From: Candidatus Poribacteria bacterium
GTDB lineage: Bacteria; Poribacteria; WGA-4E; WGA-3G
DNA: 64,000 nt
Assembly (NCBI GenBank): GCA_965198235.1
Contig: OZ240248.1
Span: 4,320,001-4,384,000 of the forward strand
Direction of reading: 5' to 3'
Shown: positions 55,337 to 64,000 of the stretch, one piece after another
Position numbering within the stretch: the stretch's first letter is position 1
Layout of the letters: each line of letters opens with the position of its first letter
The notes under the pieces: generated by a model
Databases searched by the model: none
Seen by the model: the letters and a program-made list of their open reading frames with translations, nothing else
Told to the model about the DNA's origin: nothing
Program-made: the position numbers and the translations under genes

Positions 55337-56695
55337 CTACATGTCTCCCCATCTGCCTCTGTCTTTGGCAATAAGTGCTCGTACCTTCTCTGCCAAATCG
55401 GTTAAAGCCTCTCTCGGTGTCTGTTTCTCAGTGACAGCCGCGAAAATCGCATCGTTGAGCAGATCCGCCCCTTCCGACCAGTAGGGATTCTGATAGCGCG
55501 CTGGCAAATTGGGTGCCAATTCGATAAACAGTTCCCCAAGCGGTTGTCCCCCCAAGTAGACATCAGGTTCTTTAAAGATGGGTGCATCCCACGCCGATTT
55601 GAGAGGGGGAATAATTCGTGTCGTCTCGTATCGGTTGACAAGACCGGGTCTGTCAAAATAGGTAAACTTGAGTACTTCCCACGCGAGATCTGGGTTTTCG
55701 CACTGTTTCGTAATCCCGATCATCGTTCCACCGCGCGTCGTGGTCCGCCTGCCGCCGGGGTACCACGCAGGCATGCCAACCGCCTTCCATTTACCGGACA
55801 TCTGCGGCACCTGACTTTTGAGAATGCCGACGTACCAATCCGGTGCAAGGATAGAGAGAATCTTGCCGTCTTGCATCGCGGCGAAATTACTCGGATCGCC
55901 GTGCCATGTGCCGTATACTGGCGTAGCAATTTTATGTTCATTGAACAATGCCGTGAAAAATTCCAGTGTTTCAATCGCGAGTTCACTGTCGATAATGACG
56001 TTGCCCTCTTCGTCGAAAAATCCTCCGCCCTGTTGGAGGAGTAAACTGAAATAGTCGCTCTCTGTGCGCCGATCCAACACGATTGCGTACTGGTCAATCT
56101 TACCATCGCCGTCAAGATCGCGTGTCGCTTGCTTTCCGGCAACGATGAAGTCGTCCCACGTTTCAATTTCTGTCATCTCAACGCCAGCGGCTTTAAAGAG
56201 GTCATCTCGGTAGAGCAATACGACAGGATGCAAGTCGTGTGGGATGCCGAAAATCCGACCTCGGTAGGACCACGGCGTGAACCGACTCACGACTAATTTC
56301 TCCATCCAGCCTTCGCTCTCTAAACGCGGACGGAGATCAACAAAGCCGACTTCGTCAATTGCTCCTTTGAGAAACCGACCGATGGATGTAATCTCAACCT
56401 CAACGAGATCCGGCGCACCGAAATTGGACAACATCGCAGCGAGGAGTTTATCGTGCATTGTGCCACCGAAATTGATGAGTTGGACGTTGAGCCCTGGGTT
56501 CTCCGCTTCAAAGATAGGCACGCGTGCTTGGTATTCCTCGTAGTGGGTGTTCGCGAAAATCCAGAATTCGAGATTCTCACCCTCCTCCTCGGAACGCCCG
56601 AAGATGAAAAGTGCAGAGACAAGAAACAGAATTAACATTACCATCGGTCCCTTGCCGAGCGGAAAACTCTCAGAATCAATAGGAAGACGAAACAT
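55337..56695 (-). CDS. Carbohydrate ABC transporter substrate-binding protein
   Basis: N-terminal hydrophobic anchor; APDLVEV, GIPHD, YRDDLFKAAG, TWDDF and GGTMIGI motifs. Confidence 0.9.
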   Translation of the reverse strand: MFRLPIDSESFPLGKGPMVMLILFLVSALFIFGRSEEEGENLEFWIFANTHYEEYQARVPIFEAENPGLNVQLINFGGTMHDKLLAAMLSNFGAPDLVEVEITSIGRFLKGAIDEVGFVDLRPRLESEGWMEKLVVSRFTPWSYRGRIFGIPHDLHPVVLLYRDDLFKAAGVEMTEIETWDDFIVAGKQATRDLDGDGKIDQYAIVLDRRTESDYFSLLLQQGGGFFDEEGNVIIDSELAIETLEFFTALFNEHKIATPVYGTWHGDPSNFAAMQDGKILSILAPDWYVGILKSQVPQMSGKWKAVGMPAWYPGGRRTTTRGGTMIGITKQCENPDLAWEVLKFTYFDRPGLVNRYETTRIIPPLKSAWDAPIFKEPDVYLGGQPLGELFIELAPNLPARYQNPYWSEGADLLNDAIFAAVTEKQTPREALTDLAEKVRALIAKDRGRWGDM

Positions 56696-56841
56696 AAAAA
56701 ACTCCGATTACACAGAAGTACTCAGTTGTCAGCAATTAGTAAAGTAGCCATACACGGTAGGTGCAGTCACAAAACCCAATAGCAAAGAGGGGAACAAAGC
56801 AAAATGGAAAACCAAATGGCTTTGCGAATTACAAAAATTAC

Positions 56842-56870
56842 TTGACTTTTGCACGCGTAACGATTAAAAT
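56842..56870 (+). promoter_or_regulatory. sigma70 promoter
   Basis: TTGACT-17-TAAAAT upstream of the zinc-ribbon/CDF genes. Confidence 0.6.
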
Positions 56871-56943
56871 TTATCAGAATACGTTCTTTTTATCAACAAA
56901 CTTTTTATTGTGACAGAGCATAGCGAATCAGAAATCGCAAGGA

Positions 56944-56967
56944 GTCGCGAGCACAACTCGCTCCTAC
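56944..56967 (-). repeat. GTAG-type REP-like palindrome
   Basis: Reverse complement GTAGGA-GCGAG-TTGTG-CTCGC-GAC. Confidence 0.55.
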
Positions 56968-57012
56968 AAGGAACTCTGTCTGCCAATACATCAAAATGGA
57001 GGAGAAGTCTAT

Positions 57013-57324
57013 ATGCCTACATACGAGTATAAATGTCTTGCATGCGACAACCGATTCGAGCGGTTTCAGGGCATAACCGCCCCCGCAATCGAGGAATGTC
57101 CAGAGTGCAGTGGCAAAGTGAAGCGACTCATCGGAGCAGGTGCCGGATTAATTTTCAAAGGCTCTGGATTCTACATTACAGATTACCGAAGTGACGGCTA
57201 CAAAGAATCAGCGAAGAAGGATAAAAACGAGCCATCAGATAAAAGCACTTCATCGGACAAGGGCGAGAAAAAAGAAAAGAAAACCGATACGAGTAGCGAG
57301 TCAAAGAGCAAATCCACCGATTAG
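57013..57324 (+). CDS. FmdB-family zinc-ribbon protein
   Basis: MPTYEYKCLAC...CPECSG...FKGSGFYITDY plus a K/S/E-rich tail. Confidence 0.92.
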   Translation: MPTYEYKCLACDNRFERFQGITAPAIEECPECSGKVKRLIGAGAGLIFKGSGFYITDYRSDGYKESAKKDKNEPSDKSTSSDKGEKKEKKTDTSSESKSKSTD

Positions 57325-57393
57325 AAGCAAACGAACCTGCATTATAGGGTGAGGTCTCTACGCCTCAGTTCCGTTACCGCTAAGGGAGACGCT

Positions 57394-58332
57394 GTGCACA
57401 ATCACAGTCACGACCATCACGGCGATGGGCACGAGCATAGCCATCAAACGCATCTTCAGAAGAAATTCAAGTTTGCTGTAGCTGTCACATTTTGCGTTTT
57501 CCTCGGCGAACTCATCGGAGGTATCTGGTCAGGCAGCCTCGCACTCCTAAGCGATGCGGTACATGTAATGTCGGATGTCTTCTCGCTGCTGATTAGTTGG
57601 TTGGCAATTTATCTCTCGACACGCCCCGCGACCTCTTCTCGGACTTATGGGTATCATCGCGCAGAGGTCTTTGCTGCTTTTGTCAATGGGGTGTCGCTCA
57701 TCGGGATCTCCGGCTGGATTTTCTATGAAGCATACCAACGGTACATGTCGCCGACAGAAATAAAAGTGACGGGGATGTTTGTTGTCGCATGCCTCGGCTT
57801 CTTGGGGAACCTGCTCATCTTATGGCAGCTGCACGGTGAGAGTCATGGAAACCTCAACGTCCGGAGCGCTATGCTCCACGTCATTGGGGATACCCTCTCC
57901 TCGGTTGCTGTTGTTGTCGGAGGCGCGATCATCTTCTGGACAGGATGGTACCCGATTGACGCGTTACTGAGTTTCCTTATCGGTGGGATTATTCTTTTCG
58001 GCGCGGTGAATGTCACGAGAGAAGCGGTGCATATCTTGCTCGAAAACTCGCCGCGAAACGCAGACGCACACACCGTCGCGACGCATCTTCGCGGCTTAGA
58101 CGCAGTTAGAGATGTCCATGACATGCACATCTGGTCGCTGTGTTCTAACTACTGTGCACTAAGTGCGCATGTTGTGGTTGACGAAAACACAACTTTAGCC
58201 CCCGATCGGATTCTCGAACAAATCAACGCAGAACTGAAAACCCACTTCGGTATCAACCACACCACTTTACAGTTAGAACAGGTCGCGTGTGCACAAGCAG
58301 GAAATCTCCTGTGCAACGCGCAACACTCGTAG
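57394..58332 (+). CDS. Cation diffusion facilitator (CzcD/ZitB-like)
   Basis: His-rich N-terminus; SLALLSDAVH, TYGYHRAEV, NVRSAMLHVIGD and VHDMHIW. GTG start after GGGAG. Confidence 0.92.
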   Translation: MHNHSHDHHGDGHEHSHQTHLQKKFKFAVAVTFCVFLGELIGGIWSGSLALLSDAVHVMSDVFSLLISWLAIYLSTRPATSSRTYGYHRAEVFAAFVNGVSLIGISGWIFYEAYQRYMSPTEIKVTGMFVVACLGFLGNLLILWQLHGESHGNLNVRSAMLHVIGDTLSSVAVVVGGAIIFWTGWYPIDALLSFLIGGIILFGAVNVTREAVHILLENSPRNADAHTVATHLRGLDAVRDVHDMHIWSLCSNYCALSAHVVVDENTTLAPDRILEQINAELKTHFGINHTTLQLEQVACAQAGNLLCNAQHS

Positions 58333-58373
58333 TGCCTATCCATAGCATCGAGGTTACAAACCTCTCCCACAGT

Positions 58374-58916
58374 TTAACTGTGTTCCGCTTTTAGACGATG
58401 CGCTTTCCGAATCAGGTCGGCATCTTTCGCAAACCTCTGTGTCGCCTTGACCAACCCATCTACGTGTGACACCATGTCCTTCTCCACCTGCACAATCCGG
58501 TCCATCAAATACGGCTGATCGCTTCGCTCGATGGCTTTTCTCATGATAGAGAGAAGATACATATAGATAGCATCCGCTTCGCTTCCCTCAATTGCGATCG
58601 CAATCGCGAAGGCTTCATCGAGCGAAATTTCCCTACTACTGACCTTCTGCTCGTGTGCATCCAGCGCGTCCGTAATCTGCTGAACTGGGACATCCGATAA
58701 CTCCGTTACAGGCGAATCAATCCCGAAGGCATCAACGCATAAAGACCGCCCGAAATCCACGAGAATGTAGTGCTGCCATTCTTCCGTGCTCATCTGCTCC
58801 CAAAATCGTGCGATCCGTTCGTCAACGCTCCCCAACCGTAAAGAGAGGGAGGCATAGAGTTTCGCCTGACGCAGTTCAATGTCTTGACAAAGATCAAAGA
58901 GCTCACCGAGTGTCAA
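58374..58916 (-). CDS. Ferritin-like (rubrerythrin-type) four-helix protein
   Basis: IELRQAKLY...FWEQMSTEEWQH...AIAIEGSE pattern; TTG start after AAGGAG. Confidence 0.65.
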   Translation of the reverse strand: MTLGELFDLCQDIELRQAKLYASLSLRLGSVDERIARFWEQMSTEEWQHYILVDFGRSLCVDAFGIDSPVTELSDVPVQQITDALDAHEQKVSSREISLDEAFAIAIAIEGSEADAIYMYLLSIMRKAIERSDQPYLMDRIVQVEKDMVSHVDGLVKATQRFAKDADLIRKAHRLKAEHS

Positions 58917-58967
58917 ACGTCTCTCCTTTCAAGGTAGTAGGCATACTCCGCTGTGCTGCAACCCGTT

Positions 58968-60005
58968 CTAAATATGAAGCGGCAAAGTAATTGCGTTCCC
59001 CGATTGCATACTCAGTGTGACCGCCTCCGTAAACTCCATGTACTTTACACCGGTGTCAAAATCGGTGTGCGTGATAACCTCTTCGCCGCGGATCGCGTTC
59101 GCAAATTCTTCTTCGACGCGCCACGCACCAGCCTCTGACTCAGGAATATCAATCTCGGTGAGTTCAGTGTCACCTTTTTGCCCACCGTAGAGCCGATTTC
59201 CTGAGAAGCGTAAAGTCCCGTCACTGCCGAAGACATAAACCTCTGGTGAACCCGCCAACCCCGCAACGTTAGAAACCTGTATATGGACTTGCGCACCACA
59301 CGCGAGATCCCCGACAACATCAATATGTTCTGGAATCCGTACAGAACGCATCACGCCGTCAGCATCCGGGCGCATTTTGACGAAGGTTTTGCCCATTGCC
59401 ATAATCTGCGTCGCTTCTCCGACCCAACGTATCAACGCCTCATACCAGATCCCCATACTCATGATGTTAAGCCCACTGAGGTCAAAATCCTGTCGCCATT
59501 GGAGCGGTGCTTCGCTGTCCAGAAACGCGCCACCTGCGCGTGCTTCCACGGCAAGTACATCCCCGATATATCCATCGGCGATGAGACGTTTTATGGTGTT
59601 ATCTGCTCTCAGCGTCATCGGCGAAGGGACAATCTGCGCGATGAGATGTGTTTTCTGACGCGATACCTCCCGCATCTTATGCGCTTCTCTGGCGTTCATC
59701 GCCATCCGCGCCTCACACATTACGTGCTTATCCGCCTCAAGTGCCGCTATTGTAGCACGGCAGTGCATATAGGGCCATGTCCCAATGACAATCGCATTGG
59801 TATCCGCATCGGCGATCGCGTCCTGCCAATTGCCGTAGGTTTTCGGGATGCCGAACTGGTCCGCCACCCGCTGTGAAGATTCCAGACTCCGATTGCAGAC
59901 CCCGACGATCTCAACACCTTCGATGGCTTGGAGTCCGGGAATATGCCGTGATGTCGTGTTGCCACCCGCACCGATAACACCGACTCGAATTGTATCTTGT
60001 GCCAT
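58968..60005 (-). CDS. Gfo/Idh/MocA family oxidoreductase
   Basis: VGVIGAGG, VCNRS, GTWPYMH and KHVMCEARMA motifs. Confidence 0.9.
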   Translation of the reverse strand: MAQDTIRVGVIGAGGNTTSRHIPGLQAIEGVEIVGVCNRSLESSQRVADQFGIPKTYGNWQDAIADADTNAIVIGTWPYMHCRATIAALEADKHVMCEARMAMNAREAHKMREVSRQKTHLIAQIVPSPMTLRADNTIKRLIADGYIGDVLAVEARAGGAFLDSEAPLQWRQDFDLSGLNIMSMGIWYEALIRWVGEATQIMAMGKTFVKMRPDADGVMRSVRIPEHIDVVGDLACGAQVHIQVSNVAGLAGSPEVYVFGSDGTLRFSGNRLYGGQKGDTELTEIDIPESEAGAWRVEEEFANAIRGEEVITHTDFDTGVKYMEFTEAVTLSMQSGNAITLPLHI

Positions 60006-60128
60006 TCATTTTGCTCCTTCCATTTTTTATGTATCACATTCCCTACTTTAGCAGAAATTTGGGAAGGATGTCAAGGAATTTTCAGTTTTCCTTTCACTTT
60101 TTCACCTTTTCACCTTTTCACTCCTCAT

Positions 60129-60157
60129 TTGACATTCATAGAGAAGTGTAGTATAAT
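60129..60157 (+). promoter_or_regulatory. Consensus sigma70 promoter TTGACA-17-TATAAT pointing into the IS right end
   Basis: TTGACA ttcatagagaagtgtag TATAAT. Confidence 0.8.
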
Positions 60158-60242
60158 AGGAATATCCATTGATGCGCTCTGACATACTCCCAACCCTAAA
60201 GGATTGGGGTTCTTTTGTTCCTTTTAGAAACATTCCTTGGGT

Positions 60243-61475
60243 TTAAGCCAAGGCAACAGGGACTTTCAAACGAAAGCCCAAGGGCGGTGTCATTTTCATG
60301 GGTGTGCCCATGTCCGCCACTACAGGGTCGCCGAGGTGACCGAGATACTTTTGTCTTATATTTATAGCACCTACGCCGTCGCGATGATACTGAAAACCGC
60401 AGTTGCAGGTATAGTTTCGGTTGTTTGGTTTCTTTCGGTTGCCACACTTCGGGCAGGTTTGAGAGGTATACGCCTCATCTATGACCTCTACCTTGATACC
60501 GAGGGATACCTTTGCCTTGTAGGTAATCAAGTCCGTGATTTTACCGAAAGCCCACTGGTGGAGTTTTTGGTTCGTGCGTTTACCGTAGTCAATGTTTTCT
60601 CGGATACCCGTAAGGTCTCCAAGAATGATTCTGCCGATACCTATAGTTTGGCAATACTTCAGAAACTTTGTGGTATGCTTATGGAGTGCGTCTTTGATTT
60701 GGTCGTCAATCTTTTTGATACGCTTCCACTTTCTACGTGTGAGTTTCCACCAGCGTTTAGAATGGCGTTTACACCTACTGATAGCATGACTGAATTCAGC
60801 AAGCACTTTATTCCGCAGTCGGTATAGCGAGCGGATATACCGTCCATTGAAAATACGTGTATCTGCTCCGTCATGACTGACAATCGGGTGGATTTCGCCA
60901 ATATCAACGCCTATGATACCGCCACCTGTTTCAGTGGGTTTGGTTTCATATCTATAGGAGAAATGGAGCGTCCATTGACCGTGGTTATAGCATAAATCAA
61001 TCGTTGCGATATGTTCTGCTTTAGACATATCAAAGTTTTTCGGCAAAGGGATCCGTAGTTTCGGTCTACCTTTTCCCATGGAAAGTTCAACACACTTTTC
61101 TGCAAAGGTAATAGCAGATTTTAGCCAGCGTGTCGTCATGTAGTTTTTTTGCTTGTTTGGAGGTTTCGGATTCCGAATGCCACCCCTCTTTTTCAACGCA
61201 GAATAGGATGCCCAAGATTTGAAGTAGTGTTTCCGAATCGCTTGAATACTTTGCGAATGGAGCGGTTGTTTTTTACTCAGCTGTTTATCCACCCACCCCT
61301 CACAATCACCCCCGAAATAGAAGTGGTCGTGAGCATGTGGATAGCCACGATGCCATTGAAACATAGTCATTTGATACTTACACTCATTCCAAACGGAGGC
61401 AGACGCAGCGTTGATTTCAGAGTATATCGGTTGTGGCACTATTTTGAGTATCTCGGTTCTGTGAAACTTTGGCAT
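60243..61475 (-). CDS. tnpB: TnpB RNA-guided nuclease
   Basis: GVDIGE (RuvC-I), ILGDL, DEAYTSQTCPKCG...CNCG zinc finger, and HRDGVGAINI (RuvC-III). Confidence 0.95.
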   Translation of the reverse strand: MPKFHRTEILKIVPQPIYSEINAASASVWNECKYQMTMFQWHRGYPHAHDHFYFGGDCEGWVDKQLSKKQPLHSQSIQAIRKHYFKSWASYSALKKRGGIRNPKPPNKQKNYMTTRWLKSAITFAEKCVELSMGKGRPKLRIPLPKNFDMSKAEHIATIDLCYNHGQWTLHFSYRYETKPTETGGGIIGVDIGEIHPIVSHDGADTRIFNGRYIRSLYRLRNKVLAEFSHAISRCKRHSKRWWKLTRRKWKRIKKIDDQIKDALHKHTTKFLKYCQTIGIGRIILGDLTGIRENIDYGKRTNQKLHQWAFGKITDLITYKAKVSLGIKVEVIDEAYTSQTCPKCGNRKKPNNRNYTCNCGFQYHRDGVGAINIRQKYLGHLGDPVVADMGTPMKMTPPLGFRLKVPVALA

Positions 61476-61889
61476 TTAGACACCTTTTTGGTTCTCAATA
61501 TACTGCTTTAGAACTTCAAGGGTAACATTTCCTGCACTCGCTACAAACTTTGAACGCGTCCACAGACAAGGTAAACGACGCTTAAGTATTGGAAACTCAT
61601 TGCGTAGTATTTTTGCTGTGTAACCTTTGATTTTTCCAATTACACTTGTAACTGAAATGTCGGGGGGAATACTCGCAAGCAAATGAATGTGATCAGGCAT
61701 ACTTTCAACTTCTCTGACAACATAGTGATATGCCTCTTGTTGTTCAAGAATTAATGCTTTGAGTCTTGCTTGGATTTCTGGTGATAGAACAGAACGACGA
61801 TACTTCGTGCACCAAATCATGTGATACTCACAAGCATATAGACTTGTTTCTGTGGAAATATATTTGTGGTCATTGTTAGTAATATTCAT
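61476..61889 (-). CDS. tnpA: IS200-type HUH (Y1) transposase
   Basis: YHMIWCTKYRR, PDHIHLL, LW and KQYIENQ motifs. ATG 61889 preferred because TTG 61925 is part of the -35 box. Confidence 0.95.
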   Translation of the reverse strand: MNITNNDHKYISTETSLYACEYHMIWCTKYRRSVLSPEIQARLKALILEQQEAYHYVVREVESMPDHIHLLASIPPDISVTSVIGKIKGYTAKILRNEFPILKRRLPCLWTRSKFVASAGNVTLEVLKQYIENQKGV

Positions 61890-61896
61890 ACTATTA

Positions 61897-61925
61897 ATTA
61901 TATCACAAAGATTAGTTGTTGTCAA
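61897..61925 (-). promoter_or_regulatory. Consensus promoter of tnpA, probably giving a leaderless mRNA
   Basis: TTGACA-17-TATAAT, then 7 nt to the ATG with no RBS. Confidence 0.75.
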
Positions 61926-62031
61926 GTCAATTTGTAAAATATATTAGTTTTTGATATGTCAACCGATTAGCCGCTACTACATCCCAAACCTAAAGGATTG
62001 GGTTTTGTAGCGGAAGGTTTGATAATGATAA

Positions 62032-62065
62032 AACGCGCTACAGGAAGTGAAACCCAGAGCGCGTT
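62032..62065. other. Stem-loop (possible terminator or small-RNA hairpin)
   Basis: AAACGCGCT...AGCGCGTTT perfect 9-bp stem. Confidence 0.45.
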
Positions 62066-62133
62066 TGAATTGAACCACTAATTCCAGATAATACCAATGA
62101 CAAGCGATTATTAGTACCTCTACTTGTAAGAAA

Positions 62134-62397
62134 CTATTTTCTTTTTTTCGGTACCGTGATAGTTTCAACGATGGCTGCTGACTTCCCGAGTTCAGCTTCT
62201 TTACGAGTTATAAATCTGCCTGTCCGAGCATCACGACCCACCTTAAAAGTAGTCCCCTGCTGCTTCCTCTTGTTTGAAGATGTTGCTTTTCTAGCACCTT
62301 CCTCACCGTAAACAACCTTTTCTACTATACGTTTAACTTGGCTTTTGGTGAGTTTCCCTCGTTTGGGAGTGTCCTTGACAATTCTTCCTCTTGCCAT
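62134..62397 (-). CDS. Small basic hypothetical protein with a GRDARTGRFI motif
   Basis: AGGAGG RBS; 87 aa, Lys/Arg-rich. Confidence 0.7.
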   Translation of the reverse strand: MARGRIVKDTPKRGKLTKSQVKRIVEKVVYGEEGARKATSSNKRKQQGTTFKVGRDARTGRFITRKEAELGKSAAIVETITVPKKRK

Positions 62398-62420
62398 TCT
62401 AAGTACCTCCTTGAACCATA

Positions 62421-63050
62421 TTACGATAATTGATCTGCCTTAGCTCTCAACCATTGCGTAACCATAGAAGTATAATCGTTGAATATCAACTCTTCAACTA
62501 TTAGTCGTCCCTCTCTCGCCATTTGAGGCAATTTTTCCATAAACTCTTGATAACGCTCCCAAATGATGCCCCCACTTGGAATTGTTTCACGTCTCGATGT
62601 GTTGCGGAGCCAATTTCGGACGTGCATTATAACTTCCCTAGAACTGTTGTTATGTGCTTGAATATCCTGACCGGCAATATCAGAAATAAATTGCTGATAC
62701 CGATACCGTTCGGTATCCAGTATCAGACACTTTTTCCTTTTTTGCTCTTCTATACCGAATTTCTTTGCGCCGAGAAAAATTCCCAATTCTAACGGCATAT
62801 TAAACCGAGGAAGATTCGAATCCCTGTCTAATTCCGTTCTGGATATATCATGAATTCCATAACGGCAGTTCGCAATTATGTTATAAATCTTATCAATCCG
62901 AACTTGACTTGCATCGTCCTCTTCAAGCGCACAACGCGGGATAAAACCGCAATCGTGTACTGCGAATATCATTGCATCAAATAATGGCTTGTAAGCTGAG
63001 TCAAATGGACAATTGATAAAAACATTGTCATTATAGTGAATTAATTGCAT
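62421..63050 (-). CDS. Nucleoside deoxyribosyltransferase/TIR-like domain protein
   Basis: VFINCPF...RIDKIYNII..CRYGIHDIS...NMPLELG pattern of NDT/TIR-like folds. Confidence 0.6.
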   Translation of the reverse strand: MQLIHYNDNVFINCPFDSAYKPLFDAMIFAVHDCGFIPRCALEEDDASQVRIDKIYNIIANCRYGIHDISRTELDRDSNLPRFNMPLELGIFLGAKKFGIEEQKRKKCLILDTERYRYQQFISDIAGQDIQAHNNSSREVIMHVRNWLRNTSRRETIPSGGIIWERYQEFMEKLPQMAREGRLIVEELIFNDYTSMVTQWLRAKADQLS

Positions 63051-63252
63051 TAACCCCTACACCGGTTTCACTTGTGCTACAGATCTTCCAGCCGAATGGA
63101 TCTTTTAGGTCAGTAGAACACACAAAAGAACTAACCTCTACTGTTAATTTTATAATTTCAGTATAACATACACATCATGAAGAATCCAATCTTTTTACAA
63201 GGCTTTGATTTAGAAGAAACCGTCGGGCTATAAACATAACGCTCCAACAGGA

Positions 63253-63999
63253 CTAAGAAATATCCAGCTTAACCTTCGACTTCTTTCCACCGTGAATACT
63301 CGGCTCCTGACATAGTATTTTGCGAAGCAGTGCCAGCCCTTCATGCACATCGGGACGTTCTGACTCCGTGATGTCAAGTACCTCCGATAACAACAATCGA
63401 TCGAGTTCATGACGGACCCGATCAGTGTCCATCTGATTAAATGGTAGCATCTTTTGATGTTTTAGCGAGTTGAAAATCCGCTCAGCATTGGCGAGTGCCT
63501 CATTAGAGAACTTACGTACATCCAATGTAGGCATCGCGTTAAAAGTGGCCCGACTTAAGACTCCTCTCCCTTGCTGCTGCTTCCCACTCTGATACCAATG
63601 ACAAAGCAAGCCAAACGTTGAATTGCACCACAACGTCCAGGCGTATTCGTGAATTTTGTTATCAAAGAAGACATTCGGAAGTTTATTTACGCCGATAGCA
63701 TCTTGCCCCGTAAACATTACCGTCAATGAATTCGCATTAAACTGCAATTCTACATTGTAATGTACCCGTCCGTTTAGCATCATGATTCTTTGAACTTTTT
63801 CAGTGGAATTCGGACGAGGGTGTGCGTGGGCATTTGGCGGAACAAGCATTGCCCGCTGAGTATCCGAATCCGAATCTAAATGCCAGAGGCAGGGATATAT
63901 TGCGGTGTCAGGGCATTTTTCTTCGACATCAAACGCGCCTCTGCCACCGCCACCTCTTATATCTTTGGTTCCAATTCCCAGCGTCACAATTTCTGAAAC
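63253..63999 (-). CDS. C-terminal (TRD-like) part of a probable R-M methyltransferase, truncated by the window edge
   Basis: Frame open to the window end. LWCNSTFGLL.HW, MPTLDVR and RHELDRLL...LCQEPSI resemble type IIG C-termini; catalytic motifs are not in the window. Confidence 0.55.
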   Translation of the reverse strand, partial: VSEIVTLGIGTKDIRGGGGRGAFDVEEKCPDTAIYPCLWHLDSDSDTQRAMLVPPNAHAHPRPNSTEKVQRIMMLNGRVHYNVELQFNANSLTVMFTGQDAIGVNKLPNVFFDNKIHEYAWTLWCNSTFGLLCHWYQSGKQQQGRGVLSRATFNAMPTLDVRKFSNEALANAERIFNSLKHQKMLPFNQMDTDRVRHELDRLLLSEVLDITESERPDVHEGLALLRKILCQEPSIHGGKKSKVKLDIS

Positions 64000-64000
64000 C

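Larger units (their letters stand above)
60179..62021 (-). mobile_element. Complete IS200/IS605-family element (tnpA-tnpB)
   Basis: Matching subterminal hairpins CCCAA.CCTAAAGGATTGGG at ~60189-60208 and ~61983-62002. Left-end guide AAAA lies at +16..+19 after target TTAT; right-end guide GAAC goes with terminal TCAG. Confidence 0.9.

Noticed and set aside
56092-56124. DLDGDGKIDQY EF-hand-like loop in the sugar-binding protein
   Set aside because: DxDxDG calcium loops are common in this family.
60079-60127. TTTTCACC-type 8-bp tandem run
   Set aside because: Short low-complexity repeat seen once; no supportable function.
60237-60827. 196-aa plus-strand ORF behind the consensus promoter, and similar long antisense ORFs (2064-2696, 59283-59876)
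   Set aside because: Antisense shadows of well-supported genes, with no recognisable motifs.

Overview
Bacterial chromosomal window. I infer a Candidatus Poribacteria-like genome from a secreted protein ending in KLTTTWGTLK, an FRG-TPR gene, an Rpn gene and dense dispersed repeats; this was not checked by search. Housekeeping and metabolic genes (thiN fragment, korAB, dnaN, tRNA-Phe, tRNA-Thr, dsbD, glcD/glcE, RND pump, GH88, rfaE2, hisA, sugar ABC parts, CDF) alternate with accessory blocks. (i) A defence island at 7.7-18.5 kb: PLD-SNF2 helicase, RelE/HigB-type TA pair, type IIG R-M enzyme, a GxxExxY gene bracketed by inverted repeat-spacer arrays, a broken FRG-TPR gene and an Rpn nuclease. 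(ii) An uncharacterised enzyme cluster at 18.5-31 kb (Fe-ADH, PQQ-type propeller, HemN-like radical SAM, PaaK-like ligase, flavin halogenase-like protein, TAXI receptor, two ABC exporters), with divergent promoters driving candidate structured RNAs in its middle. (iii) An ATPase plus small nuclease-like pair at 47.5-49.4 kb. (iv) A complete IS200/IS605 element (60179-62021) whose TnpB has a rearranged RuvC-II site, followed by more defence-like genes. Best leads: the GxxExxY/inverted-array module, a three-domain EF-Tu paralogue with degenerate GTPase and tRNA-binding motifs, a MITE/REPIN-like repeat family that donates peptide segments, RBS/starts and a stop to host genes, and a PorX-like protein with a pseudo-receiver. 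No CRISPR-Cas, rRNA, integrase or reverse transcriptase was seen. All calls are by-eye motif recognition; no searches were run.
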